From the human T2T-CHM13v2.0 reference genome, Homo sapiens: DNA of 64,000 nucleotides. Under the pieces are notes generated by a model. The model ran no database searches and was not told the DNA's origin. It saw nothing but the letters and a program-made list of their open reading frames with translations. Where the stretch lies: assembly GCF_009914755.1 (NCBI RefSeq), contig NC_060926.1. One strand, written 5' to 3'. This document shows positions 47,001-64,000 of the stretch, one piece after another. Position numbers and translations under genes: made by a program. Each line of letters opens with the position of its first letter. Position 1 is the first letter of the stretch.

Positions 47001-50000
47001 AGAAAGGTATAAACTGCCAATATGACATTTGAAAAAGGACAGAAAGTATTTGTATCTTTGTCATTCACTCCACAAAGGTTAACCATTGGACCATGTCTTT
47101 CCTTGATTTCCATTTTCATGAGTCTAATAAATAAGGAAATGTTTGTGTTATTTAAATAACTTCTTTTGTATTCTTCATTTCTTGTCAAATGCTAGTTACT
47201 GCAGTGAATTTGGGGATGAGTGCCCATTAACAGAATCATTGACATTTTGCAAATATATTATCTCCAAAACTATGGTAAAATACTGAATAATAGCTTTTTT
47301 TCTCTGCCCTGTATGAAATGACCTAATTGTGATGTAACATCCCTGCTGAAAATACAGATTAATATGACCCCTTTACTAGGTTTAAGAAATTTACAAAATT
47401 GCATGGACCCCATGCACAATTTGTAACCATTTTGTGAATAAGATTGAATATCTTTCTCTTTTTCCAAAATAAAGATTATAATTTTAAATGCAGTTACACT
47501 ATATTTCACTTTAGTCTATATGATCGATATTATCAGTGAACATTTTAATTCTACTCAAAATCTACCAACCATATGATATAAGAAGGATCTAATAAACAGG
47601 AATGAAATATTTAACCTCTATCCCTGATTGTATATCTAAGTATTTTGTTTTGCAGGGGTGCATCTACAGGTCAACCTTAGAATTAAAATGATAATTAAAA
47701 TAATAAAGATTAGAAATATTGCACTTATCTAATCACAATAGGCGCATTTAAATAATGCATATGTCAGACTTATACTATCTATCTAAGTCAAAGGGCAGAA
47801 TCAAGAATCAAAATCCAAGGCAGCAAAACCCATTTTCAAGATGAAGCCACAGAAAGCAGTTACAAGACTTTCTCGGACATAAAGCAATGTATCTTTCTCA
47901 CTGTCATCACCTTAAGCCACACAAGTCTGTTGGCAGATAATGATACAAAAGTAATATAGCTCACATCATCCACCTATGATACTTAATACATGATCTCTGG
48001 AATGGACTTGGTCCAGAGATTCCTGTATCTTTCCCAAACCCAGACCTTTCAGCTGGGAGCACAATGAATTGCTGCTACCCCACTGGGTCAGCCCTCAAGG
48101 TTCATTATTAATAAGCTGAGACTCAAAAGGCTAATGAGAACCGGGTGCTTGAGGAGACAATGGCTCATTCATCATCAATCAAGCTTTGAAGTTTTTATAC
48201 AGATGATTTAAGGAGAGTTGAAGTGTGCAAAATTGAAATGTCACGTTTGTATTGGGAGCGGGTAGAGGGTGATAATGTAAATGAGTGACGTAACCTTCTA
48301 TATTTCAGCTCGATGATCAGAGTCAAAAGCTCATGGATGCAGATACCAAATGTTTTTCCATCAGAGTATAGCAATTTCAAGATGAAATTATTAGATCCAC
48401 TGGCTGAAAATCAGCTTAAGATAGAAAATAATATCTTGATTTCAATTGAATGAAGCTCAGTAATGCTTGTTGCAATGTTCTAACTTATTAATACATACTT
48501 CAGTATCCACTACAATTCTTAGCTTTCATTATGTTTCAGGTTTGAGTTCTAGCTCCTCTGAGAGGTTTGCTATGACCACCTAGTTCTTAGAGTTCCCCCT
48601 TCCTCTAACTCCTGTAACACTGATTACCCGAGCCACTTATCTGACATAGAGCAAATGCTACCTTACCTTCTTATATATTCTTTTGTGTATTTGCCTTGTC
48701 TCCCCTATCTTATTGGAGGTCCCTCAAGGATTAGAACTATGATGTACACCTCTTTGTGTCCCTAGTGCCAAAGAAAGTGTCAAGCACATAGTAGAATTTC
48801 AAATGTTTTTGATGATTATGATAATGATAACATCCATAGAACATGACCAACTTTTGTAAAAAATTACTTGCTTAGTGATAGCATAATGTTAGTGATATGC
48901 ACTAGATATTTACATTGTAAATCCCATAAAATATTGAATACATTTATTTTGATCTTAATATATTCTTTCTGTCCTAATATTAAGAAAGTAGTAATCCACT
49001 TAAACTCATTGATATTCCCCGGAAAAAATTAAAACTATATTTTATCTTGTAACAGTACTCAAATTATGAACATAGGATTTCCTTCTCAAATTGTCTTATT
49101 ATATAATCCCATACGTGTGTCAACGTCTAACTTTTTTCTAATAATTTTCCCGAGATTTGTATTCTCCCTGTGTTTTCTTATTTCTGTTAAAATCAACATA
49201 AATGCTGTAAAAGTCACATAGACTCAAAGTTTGAAATTTATTACTATTTCCTTTATTTCTATATTTAACCATTTATGGTGCTCTACAGAAAATTTCTCAT
49301 AGTGTCTCTTTTTATATCCACAACTGCTACTTAATTCAGGTTCTATCATCTCATACCAGATTTAACTTCTTGCCTGTAATCTATTCTCCCCACAAATCCA
49401 TCTTGCATATTAAAGTCATAATATATGCTATATTATAAAGAGATAGATAATATACTCTAGGTAGGTGGAGAGAGACAGGTGGTAGGGGAGAGAAATCCTG
49501 CTCTATCACGGCTTTGAATTGTAAAGGCAATAATACTGAATCTAGTTGACTGGATAAAATAAAGCTCATAATCTAGTTTTGTTTCAACAAAGCAAAGGTG
49601 GGCCTTGTCCACCTTTATGAAGCTGAGTTTGCTCAATTCTGTGATGGGTTTATTGTACTCACGGTATCTGTCGCATAGTTGCTTCTATTATAATTTTAAA
49701 TTGCTAATTATTTAAATAGTGGTTACTTCTTGGTATGAGCAAGGAATATGCTTCTTTTGAGTATTCATACTAACATTGCTTTAATCAGTATTAGATTAGG
49801 TTGTAGTTTAAAGAGTATAGACATTTTTTTCTTCTATATAAAAATCTGGCTAGGTTATTTAAGGCTATTATATAAAAATCCACAATCATCAGGGAGCCCC
49901 ATTCTATTTTGTTCTTGTTTCTCTACCATCTTCAATACAAGAGGAGTTTCCAACTGGCAAAAACCATGCAAAAGACGGAGAAAATCATGAAGGACAAAAG

Positions 50001-50319
50001 AACAGAGGAAGAGTACATGTATTTTAATGAAAATTCCTGCAAATTGCCACAGCACAATTATACTTGTATCTCGTTGGTCAGAATGAAGTCAACGAGCCAC
50101 AGCTAGGTGCATGGAAGGAAGGGAATTAAAGTATTCATTCTGGGTGATCATATGAGTAGCTAAACTTTATATACTATTTAAAATTTAGAAAGTGGTAATA
50201 GATATTGGTGACAACTAGCAGTCTCTGTTATAGTGACTCAAAAGAAACCTCGCATCTTCTGGATATTTATAAAACATAAATCTTGTGACTTGAACAAATG
50301 TAAAGCTTTTTAAGAAACT

Positions 50320-51010
50320 TTTTAATTGAATTATAATATACACACATAGATGTGCATTATCATATTCAATTAACTTTTACAAACTGAACACACTTATGTA
50401 ACCAGCACTCAGATCAAGAGCTTGAGCCATACCAACACCACAGCAGCCTTCCTCATACTTTCCACCTCATGTCACTCTATCAGAACCCTGATCCTGACTT
50501 TGAGCAAGATAATGTGTGCTTATTTTTGTATTTTACGTATATAGAATCATACCATACGTATTCTCTTGTGTCTGGCTCCTTTTGCTCGATATTATGTTTG
50601 TGAAATTCATCTATATTGTTTATTTTCATTGTTGTGTGGTATTCCATGGTTTGTCAATTCTGCATTGATGGGCATTTGGATACTTTCCACACTTGGGCTA
50701 TTATAAATAACTGCTGCTATGCACTTCCTAGAAAATGCCTTTAGATGATTATATGTACACATTTATGTTGCGTGTATACCTAGAAGTAGTACTGCTGGGT
50801 CATAGTGATAATCACTTTTTATTTAACCAATTTAACTTATTTATATGCCCATTAGTAGTATATGAGAAATCTAGTTGCTTCTTGACCTTGTCAAGTCTTG
50901 ATTATTAGTTGGTTTTGTTGTATTTCATTGTAGTCACTCTTATTGGTGTATAGTGGTATTATTTTAATTTGCACTTCCCTAGTGACTACTGAAGTTGACC
51001 TTCTTAAATA
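50320..51010 (-). mobile_element. Old L1M 3' fragment
   Basis: ttttacaaactgaacacacttatgtaaccagcactcagatcaag...tacctagaagt motifs. A similar fragment lies at about 52270-52710. Confidence 0.65.
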
Positions 51011-54000
51011 CTATCTTTAAAGAGTAATTTTTAAAGGCAAGAGATTTATTTCTGTTTACTCCAAGAAAGGTCTTACTATGTGTAAAACATTTACAAAGCA
51101 CTGTTAAAAACCTGATCTTTAAGTTATTGGCAAACAATTTAGTAAAATAATTTATCAGGTGTAACCCTCATAACTTATTTTTGTTGTTATTGTTAAGAGA
51201 TCTGGTTCAATGTTTTGAAAATGACACTTTAAAATGTCTTAGAAAAAATTAAAACTACATTAATAATTATAAAGAGTAAAATACGATTTCTGGAAGACGG
51301 ATGGGAAAATTCACAGTAGGTGATTATCTCTCTGATAACAGACAAACACAACCAAAGGTATATAAAAAGGATGAGAAATTTAATGTCTTCTTGCTATTAA
51401 AATAGAACACTCTTTTACATAAAGCTCACATATTTTTATTCCTATATCCACCAGAAAGCCCTCATTACAGACAACAATCCTCTTAAATAACTGTTCCAAG
51501 TTTCCAGAAAATGTAATTGCTTCAGTAGAACAAATCAGTAGAGTTCAATGTTTTCATTACCAATAAGGGGACGGTCATATTAGTACTCAGAAATGATTTG
51601 TCCCTTTTATTTACAGGATTTAATACAATAAGCCTGGGGATATACTGCAAGGTCACTTTCAAATATCTCACCCACTATATTAGTTTGTATAGTTTTAATA
51701 ACTCTTCTCACAATGTGTGATTTCTACACTATTTCTTTTTTAGAATACTTCAAAAAAGTATGATTTTTCTTGATGACAGTAATAATAAATAATATTGCTA
51801 TGTATGTTTGTTGCTGGCATGTTAAGACTTGCAAATAAAAGATAAAGCAAGAGAAAGAATAATGATTTACTCTTGTAAGATGATTATATGATTTTCAAAT
51901 ATGTCAAGATTTTTAAAAGGCTATATTTGTGAATATTAAAAATATAAATAAGTGATTTGGGGGCTAGAAGTCTCAGCTAAAATGCCTAGAATGTTAATTT
52001 TAAAAATAACACATAAAGACAACACTTTACAAAATAAGAAATTAAAGAAGGAGTCATAAAATAAGATTGCAAGCAAGCCATACTGGAAGATTATTTTAAA
52101 AGCCACAACACGAAGGTCCAAATTAATTTTCTTTTAAAATGAAGTTTAAATCTGGAGAAAATCAGGAAGGAATAATTGAATAACAGTAATCATCATTTTA
52201 TAAAGCACTGGTTGTCAAAATACAAAATATCAGGTACTGTGGCAAAATAGAAAGAAATGGCTTTTTAGATTGCTTTGTATACAGTTTCAAATTAGTATAC
52301 ATTAACTACAGTAAAATGGACAAATTTTAAGCTCTATGTTTTACATATACATGTATACAATATTTGTACATCTGTATCAAGCAGCCGCCACCCAGATAAA
52401 GACACAGCATATCTCTATCACTCCAGAAAATTTTCCCTGCTTCATTCCAGTCAATACTGCATAGAAGTCAGCATAGAAAGTCAGCCACTATGCTGACTTC
52501 TACCACAACAAATTAGTTTTGCCTCTTTATTAAATTCATAGAAATAGAATCACACAATATGTATCTTATTCCTTTTTCTTATCTTCTTTCCCTGAAAATA
52601 ATGTTTTTGAGATTTATTTATGCTGTTGCTTTAATTCATAGGCTGTTCATTTTTATTGTTCCGTATTATTCCAGTCTGTGAATATACCACAATTTGTTTA
52701 TACATTAGTTCACTTTTTAACCATAGATTTGGCACTTTTACTAGGTGGTTGCAGGCAAATTACTTCACGTTTCTTTTCTACCATCTACAAAATTGGAATA
52801 ATAATCTTTACTTTGTTGGGTTACAATGAGAAATACAGATAATATATACAAAACTCCAGTTACATACTAGGTGTTCAAAAGGTACTAGCTATTTCAAAAT
52901 AAGTTAATAATATAGTTCAGGAGCTTTGTCTAAACTATTTTAAAACCTATGTACATTGGTCAAAGTACAGGTTTTGGGGGAGAAATGATGACCAAATGAA
53001 AACCTTTGAGAGATACATGAAATCCCCATTAAGTTTGGTGCCTAGCATAACAATTTTAGAGATAGATATATTGAGCTAAAATATTATTAAATGTCTTACT
53101 AAAGTTAGTTAATTAAAAAATTGGGTTTCTCTGTATTTCATAAGTTAAATTCTTCCTAAGAACAAGATCATAAATTCTATAACTTACTATCTTTCCCACA
53201 CTGAAGTATCTTAGATATCTGGTTGAGTTAACCCTTTAGTAATTTCCTGTCATTTCTCTAACTATATTCTGTGACAGCATTTAGAGCTGCTAGATTTCCC
53301 TCTGTTTGGATCAGGTTGGTGCATAGTTCGTAGGTCACAAAACCTCCCTCACAATCTCCAGGTGGCCTTTACCTCTGCTGTCACTACCACTGTGCTTCAA
53401 ATAAATTAGCATAAATTCCAAAGTCTTGTACAAGAGAGCTGAGCTCTTTTCTTCCAGGCCAAGGGTCTGGAATTTTTACAGTAGAATAATGAATTAATTC
53501 AAAAACACAATATTCTATGGTCCTTACCACCACCCAATCATTTTCTCCACTGTAAAAATTATTTTCATATTGTCACATCTGAGGTCATAAGAGAATAGCC
53601 TCCATTATAGCTCTGTAATGTGTATTACCATGTCTTCTAAATTACATAAAGGAACATCTTTTATTTTAGAATGTTTCTGCTTTCATAGGGTAAATAAATA
53701 TTTTAAAATCTTTGCGGATCTTTGTCTGCTTCTTGAGGCTAGACATAAAGAAAAATTCTAACATGTCTAACAATGCCAGATGGTTTAGTCCACTCAAGAT
53801 GCCAACATTCAAGAAGGGAAAACTATTGAGAAATTGATATCTGCAGGGGACTGGGTAACCATGACTCTGCCATAGAGCAACAGCCTTTCAGGAAGGGAAT
53901 TATCAAAAAGTATGAGATAATTTTTGTAGGTATCCTCCCCAAATCTCAGTTCTCTTCTCTATAAAATGGTGATAACTCATAGTGCCACGTTCATGAGGCA

Positions 54001-56280
54001 ACTGAAAGGAGAAAATGAGTTATCATATGTATATGTTGACCACAGTGTCTGCCATGCAACACATGTTCAGTTGATGTACTATTATTATTATTGAGGGAAA
54101 GATAAGAAGAGTTCTCTGATAAGCAGATTTCTTCTATCCTGCTTGATGATTTTTCTCCATTTCCTGTCATAAATACCCTTTTCAGAGAGAGCTAAAACCA
54201 GGGCAAGACTACTAGGCCACGTTAAAATTCATGGGTTTGTGCATTTGCTCATTTAAAAAAATATATTTTAACCCACTTTTATGAGTTTCACATGCCCTTT
54301 TTGGAGCACATTATGCTTCTGGACACCCATAAAATTATTCACAATCACTAAATATAGAACTTTCCTTTTTAAGGGTGGGATTTCTGCACCCCAAAGGCAT
54401 AGTAAGTGAGACACACAATGATGAAGCAAGTTGCCAAATGCCTCATGCATAGTTGGGGATCAGACTAGGATTCCAAAGTCTGTCTGCCTGGCTCCACAGC
54501 CCCATTGTTAGCCACCTCACTGTACACTCTTCATAAATGCTGCCATTGTGTGAATACTTATAATGCAGTATTTCTCTTAATCCTTACAGAAATCCTATGA
54601 GGTAATTATTACTAATCTCATTTTACAGATGAAAAAACTGAGGTTTAGAGAGCTAAATAACTGGTAAGAGTTCGAAAGAACCATGATTCCAACTTAGTCT
54701 GATGGCTGAGTTGGCTTTTAAATTTTTAGTCTGTGCTCTCCCCATTGTAGAAAGGAAAGCGTGAGTAATCTAAATGGAAAACAAAACAAAACAAAACAGT
54801 TTAAGCAGAGATGAGGCACAATTTTATCTTATGTAATCTACTTCTAAGTATAATTAAGAACTCACAGTAATTTCCCTGAAGTCCTTTTTGAAAATATTTT
54901 ATGGAGTTGAAAGGTAAAATTATGCTTTTAAGGGATCTTTTCTACATGAAAAACTGTGCGTTAAAAAAAAAAAAAAAAAAAAACCTCTTGGCTCTGGTAG
55001 ATGTCTGGACCATATCCCAACCTCGTCTCTTGAGGTGCGTTTCTTTTGCCTCTGTCAAAAGTAGATGCAGAGGAAAAGGCAGCACAATAAAAAACTTCAA
55101 GAATTCAGCCCACTTAAGGAAAAGCACTTCAATTTGGTAAAAAAATAGAAAATAAAAAAGTGAATTAAAAGAAAGCCAATTTTATTATTGTCAAGTACTG
55201 TGGGAACTCTATGCTTAGTGTTTGAAAGCTCTGCTTTAATGAATAGGGTAAAATGATTTTAATTACCATATCCAAACTCATAAACTTATAAAGAATTTAT
55301 CTCTATGTGCTTTATAGCTGTATTTCTAAAAATATAAAATTGATATTCAAATGTGTAGGGCATTCAGTTCTTCTAACCGAATTCCATTCCCCTTATAATT
55401 TATTTCCTATTATTTGTTGAGTAATTCACATAAAGAAAGCAAAAGTGCAAAATATTTACATTATTAATTCAAATAAATGAAAATGTATTTAAACATTAAG
55501 CTTAATATTCTAATCACTGTAAAGGTAAATTGGATTCATATGATGGGGAAAAAAAGGGAATCCAAAATTAAAACAGGTGGTTAAATGTAGCCTTATCACA
55601 GTATCTTTTGTTAGGTGAACTTACTGGATTAAATACCGCTCAATATCATACGAGAACTGAAATATCTTCTTGAAATATATATTTTTTAAATCATCTTTTT
55701 TCTTTGCTTGATATAGTTAAAAATATTCATCTTTAGACATGCCTATTAGCTAACTTTTATTTAAAATAGTGAAAAAAGGAAGCTGATTTTATTTGTGAGT
55801 TTGGGATATTTTCTTTATTTTATGTACATTAATTTCATAAATGTGCTGAGTTAAAAGGTAATATAATATATTGTACACAGAAGAGTTTTTATTCTAGCAC
55901 AAACAAAAGGATATGTTCACTTCTAAAGATATAATTATCTTTAAAAGTAGAAAGTTCTTAACTAAAACTTTCTCAGATATAAAGTAAAATAAGAGAAAAT
56001 ATTTTTAGAAGTTTCATGAAACTAAACATTTATTTGTGAATTTAAAAAGATTTAAACTGGACTTTACAGAAGAGAATAATACAAAGAGTATCTTGTATAC
56101 ATTCATGTTCTACGCCTAATTTATTTTTGTAGGGCATGTGTTTATATAGTTATATCATATTTGAAAGAATCTTACATAGAAAATTAAGCTCTGGTGATAA
56201 TCTCTAGTTCATGCTACCTAGCTGAGATGCAAGGGAGACAAAAAGGAACACTAATCAGATTAGCATAAAACTGGAATACA

Positions 56281-56587
56281 GGCCGGGCACGGTGGCTCAC
56301 GCCTGTAATCCCTGCACTTTGGGAGGCCGAGGCGGGCGGATCACGAGGTCAGGAGATCGAGACCATCCTGGCTAACACGGTGAAAACCCGTCTCTACTAA
56401 AAATACAAAAAATTAGCCGGGTGCGGTGGCGGGCACCTGTAGTCGCAGCTACTCGGGAGGCTGAGGCAGGAGAATGGCAGAAACTCGGGAGGCGGAGCTT
56501 GCAGTGAGCCGAGATAGCGCCGCTGCAGTACGGCCTGGGCGAAAGAGCGAGACTCAGTCTCCAACAAAAAAAAAAAAACACAAAAAA
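56281..56587 (+). mobile_element. AluY (CpG-rich, minor-subfamily-like right arm)
   Basis: gagatcgagaccatcctggctaacacggtg and gcagtacggcctgggcgaaagagcg; TSD aaaactg(g/a)aataca. Confidence 0.93.
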
Positions 56588-59225
56588 CTGAAATACAGGT
56601 AGTGGGAATGCTAATAAGAGTACCAATAGTGTCCTCAGTTCTAATTTCACCATTGTCACATACATATCTTTCCTTACAATTAATGACATCACAAGAACAT
56701 TATTTACTAAAAAGCTATAATATTTTGAGAACTTAACTATTAGGTTCTCTATTCTCATTTTACTTTGAAGTTCAGAACAATTAGCTGGCAACAAACATCT
56801 TGAAGAATTGTTGCAAACCAGATGCTAAACCTAAGCCTTCTAAAAGTATCTGTGTGCTGACATGTGGAAAAGAGAATGATGATTTATTAATAAATACCGG
56901 AAATACATTTTTGAAATAAAAATATGTTTAAAATGTTGTTTCACTTGTAATTGTTTAATATTTTATTTTCTCCAGAGCTTCAAGAGTTATAATCTAAATT
57001 GCAACTGAAGGAAGCTTAAGCTAGCTGATATGCACCTAGCTATTTCCCCGCTTCAAAGCCTACAGAACCATCTGCTTGTTGGCAGGTGTAATTAATTAGC
57101 TAAGTGGAGAAGACGCTCCCTTTTAGAGTGAATAGGAGGAGAGGAGGGAGAACTCTGTGAAAGCCTAATCCTAGGCAGACCCATCAGCTGGGTGCCTCTG
57201 GGCAAATTTCCGATGCTGAAAACTCATTGAATTTAATGGTTCTTAATTTCACAAGATTTCTAATTACAGCTAGGATAATAAGATGCGATCCAAAAGTTGA
57301 AAAAAAGTTGGCACATTTTCAAGGAAAATCCTTTCACACAATGTAGACATCCTAAAGTGTAGAAGTTCATTTATTTACACATTTTCCACTTATTCCCTCA
57401 ACTTTGCTAATAAGCAATTTTGAATCTATTTGGCTGACAGGTGGCAAATGCCTATTAATAATAGTAAAATGTGTCATGCTAAATTTTGTATCTAATCCAA
57501 CATTGCTTTTCAGAATAGTCAAAGAAAAGTCCATCCAAGCAACATTATTATTCATTTTCAATAGATTTTAAAAGGACTACATTCTAAGAATAGAAATGGG
57601 GGGAAATATAACACTAAGACCATAAAACTTCCTATAATTTTATCAGTATAGATTATATTAGATTATCACCGAAGAGTCCAGAAGATAATAAACTCTACAA
57701 CACTTCCTTCTTTTAAACACTCTGTCAGAAACAAAATTCCCTCTTAAACATCTCCTGGTATTTGGTTTTAATGGGTAAGGTGAGACAGGTATAAGGAATA
57801 GAGTGAGTAGAACTATGGCAAACTGGAAAGCACCCATCACAACTAAAAGAGCACTGACTGCTCAGCCCCAGAAGATGTTACTAAGAGACAATGTGAACTC
57901 AGGGTTGCCAGAGGTTGGTTTTATTCAGAGGGGCCAGAAATGCAGAATTTATCGGTAAATTCCCTCAAATTTTAAACACTCTTCTATGCAAAGCACGTCT
58001 GTAGATTACAGTCTTTGAGACAGCAGTTTACCACATCTGGTTTATTGAATAATTGTATCTGTGAACTCCTCAATGATGAGCAAGCTCTTACTACATCAAT
58101 AACCAGACTGAGATATGCTCTCATGGAACTAGTCTTCACAGCTCCTCTACCTATTGATAAAGAATGGAAAGGGAAAGGGAGGCAGTTATACAGTTCATGA
58201 GAGAGTAAAGAAAAGTGCAGAAGCCCCTACTGTTACATGAACAGTAGAGACCAGAAGGCACTGAATTCCATAAGACTTCTTCATACTTCTTGTCATCATT
58301 TGTTGCAATGGAGTAGAATAAGCGTCTGGCTATCTAATGATTCTTGAAATGTGTGCTGCAGACATGTCACCCCAGAATATCACACTTCCACTGCTGAATA
58401 TTTACTTCCACGTGTAAATTTTGAATAGGAAAGGCTTACATGTCATCTGGAAGATAAAATCAAATAACTGGCTGTCATGTTAGTATGGACCTGTTTATAG
58501 GATTAACATAATAACATAAAAAATCTAAAGATTAGAGGGACTGGAAGGTTAAATTATAATTTAGAAAAAGGAAGCAAATGTACAAAAAGGTTGCAGTCAG
58601 GGATATGTTCCCAAGTTTTGTTAGTCCTGCATTAATCACTCAGGTGAGACTATATACTTGATCCTTGGGAGTAGACGTGGCATAGGAGAAAGGAAATTTT
58701 CAACCTGCTTATTTCATAATGCTGAATGGTCTTCTACTTGTTCTTTGGAAACAAATGAATTGAGTGACTTTCAGCTCCCCTACCACTGAATCCAATAGGC
58801 CAATACAATTCCAAAAAAGTCTTTCCAATAGTCAGAATTTCAAAAGACAAATTATCTCAGGAATTGACATCAGTCAACTAGTATGCTCTCAGCCAGAAGT
58901 TGGGTGCAGGGAAAATTATAGCTGCCCATTGTGGGGTTTTTTAATGCTCTATAAACACGCCAGGTAATACCAAAAGACTTATGGGAATCAAATTGGAGTC
59001 CAAGGTTGATTTCTTTTCTGTATTCAGTACACAGGAATTTAAAGAGACCTGGGCTCTTTCCCTTAGCTCCATCTCTTAGGATTTCTGGCATTGTAGCCTT
59101 CCTTCTTTAACTGTCCATTTTAGAGGAACATGGTTAGAGTGAATCCTTCTAAATGAGCTCTTCATCCCTAACAGTGAGTGTTCTTTCTACTTCTGAGCAG
59201 AGGTTACAGCTCTTTCAAAATATTC

Positions 59226-59529
59226 TTTTTTTTTTTTTTTGAGATGGTGTGTTGCTCTGTCACCCAGGCTGGAGTGCAATGGCATGATCTTGGCTCACTG
59301 CAACCTCCGCCTCAAAGGTTCAAGTGATTCTTCTGCCTTAGCTTATCCAGTAACTAGGATTATAGGCACCTGCCACCACACTCAGCTAAATTTGTATTTT
59401 TAGTAGAGACAGGGTTTCACCATGTTGGCCAGGCTTGTCTCAAACTCCTGACTTCAAGTGACCCATCCGCCTGTGCCTCCCAAAGTGCTAAAGTGCTGGG
59501 ATTACAGGTGTGAGCCACTGTGCCTGGCC
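59226..59529 (-). mobile_element. AluS (Sx/Sz-like)
   Basis: Full dimer with a small aaagtgct duplication. Confidence 0.9.
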
Positions 59530-60059
59530 CTTTTTAAAAGATTCTATTCAACTCCTCCATGCCATAGGCTGGAAGTTGGTCTGTGATCCTCAAATCCTTT
59601 TTTTGTTTTCTTTGAGTATGGAGAAGAGTTGAGTGAGAACAAGAATCTGTCTGATCAAATATCCGAGGGTAATGATAGTTTCTGGAAAGGAAATCAGTGG
59701 AGAAAAATAATATAAAAGGGTGTTAAAAGTCAAAGAAAGAAAACACAAGAGTATGAGCATAGAAAAATCTAAATAGAACAAGGAGAGACGTATTTATTTA
59801 AAATATTTTACCTATGTATTACTTCCATTGATTTGTTCTAAGTCTTTCAAGAGATGGGTGGCCTCTTCGCCAAACCATGTCATCTCTTGCCAGAAAACAG
59901 CACTGTGTCTCTTTGCTTATTCTCTTGCCTTTAAACAATTAATTTGTCACAGTCAGTCAATGTGGTCTTTTCAAAACCAAAATTAAATTGTTATAAGATG
60001 AACGACAAGGGTGGAACCAATACCAAAAATAGATAATTCAGAAGCTAGTATCTATGTCA

Positions 60060-61440
60060 AGATATATCTAGTTCATATTCACAGATAATTTGAGAAAAAA
60101 ATACAAAAAAAATTCTATTCTATAGGAAAGAATAATCAATGAAGAAACAAGTATTCTTGAAAATTGCAAATGTCATATCTGATAAAATATTTAATAAATA
60201 TAATATTTAACAAAATTGAAGAAGTCTCCTAGAAAGTAGAGAAAAAAGAGAAATATAAAGAAGAGAAAAAAATAAAAGAAATAAAGGATACATCCAGGAA
60301 GTCAAGCATTACAAGTTATAGAGAGAAGAAAGAACATATAGAAGAATACATTATCAATAAATTGAGGCAAATAATTTCCCTTAAGTTTAATCGAGCCAAA
60401 TAATTTCCCATAATTATGCAGAAAAAGATTTTAAAACAAAATAAATGCCTAGATGTGTATATTTAAAATTTCAGAATCTTAAAAAAAATGTAAAATCCTA
60501 CAAAAGAATAGGACAGGGATATAAGAAAGGCAGAGACAGCTAGAATGAGAATGAGAGACTAAGGAGAGAGAGACAGCAGGGATCAAAATCACATCAGACT
60601 TCTCAACAGGGACACCGTGTGAAAAGTAGTAACTTCAAATACTAAGTGAAATTCTTTTTAACTTAGAATTCTAAACCCAGTCGCCATTAATCAAACCATC
60701 ACTAAATTATGAGTATAGAAGGAGACATTTTGATATTCAAGAACCCAGTAAATTTACCCTTCACCATTTTTTTAAGGAATATTTTAAAGATACCCTTCAA
60801 GAAAATAAGGGAGCACAGCAAGATAGTGAAAAATAGGTGATGCAGGATCCAGCCCAGGAAGTAACTAAAGAGAAGTATCACAATGCAACAGAAATGTACA
60901 GAAAATAATACGGATTGGTGACATAAAACTGAGAGGCCAAAGAAGGTAGTCTCCAGGGAAAAGGGGGACTGATATAATGCATCATAGGAAATCTGACAAT
61001 AATTGGACTATAACAAAAACATGTAGTGTAAGAAAATGAAAGCCAAGTGGAAACATCAAGAAAAAACAAGCAAACTGCACAAGGAAATAAATATAATCAT
61101 AGTACATTCTTCCCTCTGCTATGATTTTTTAAAAGTTGCATGAATGTAAAAATCACAATAATGTAAGTATAATGCATATTGATTTTCAACTTTTAGACAA
61201 AGATAGTATCTTTTAACAATATCTTTTAAAGATACTTTTAAAGATAGTATCTTTAAACAATATTGTTTAAAAGACAGTATCTTTTACACAACAAAAACGT
61301 CAAGATTGATAATATATTCTGTTCAATAGATGCCTTAAATGATAAATCAAGAAATAATTAATTATATTTTAAATATATTCAGAGATATGTTAATAATCAT
61401 CAGAAACAGCTTAATGAGCTAGAGAGTAGACAAAACAGGA
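60060..61440 (+). mobile_element. Old L1M relic (ORF1/ORF2-start-like)
   Basis: A-rich strand bias and motifs atcagacttctcaacag and acttagaattctaaacccag. Confidence 0.55.
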
Positions 61441-61449
61441 GACTGTTGA

Positions 61450-64000
<2,551 letters not shown>

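Noticed and set aside
57080-57100. TAATTAATTA homeodomain palindrome as an enhancer
   Set aside because: A single motif in AT-rich DNA cannot be supported without conservation data.

Overview
This is primate nuclear DNA (human or great ape), AT-rich and repeat-rich. It is intronic sequence of ERBB4 (HER4), transcribed on the minus strand. Two real coding exons are visible, and the ORF track misses both: exon 4 (42328-42462, [45 protein letters not shown]) and exon 5 (4943-5008, [22 protein letters not shown]). The 37-kb intron between them holds an old, rearranged NUMT of about 6.2 kb: an inverted D-loop/Phe/12S/Val/16S block fused to a forward ND2/WANCY/COX1/Ser/Asp/COX2 block. The rest is many Alu, L1, L2, MIR, DNA-transposon and LTR relics. 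The most striking structure is a provirus-like element with two different LTRs: an ERVL MLT2A-type 5' LTR joined at a tRNA-Leu primer-binding site to a THE1 internal region and a THE1C 3' LTR, all inside one near-perfect 5-bp target-site duplication. Other notable items are a fossil 14-bp tandem array in the NUMT control region, frame-intact humanin- and MOTS-c-like ORFs with near-cognate starts, and several template-switch scars. Repeat subfamily names and mtDNA coordinates come from remembered consensus sequences and are approximate.
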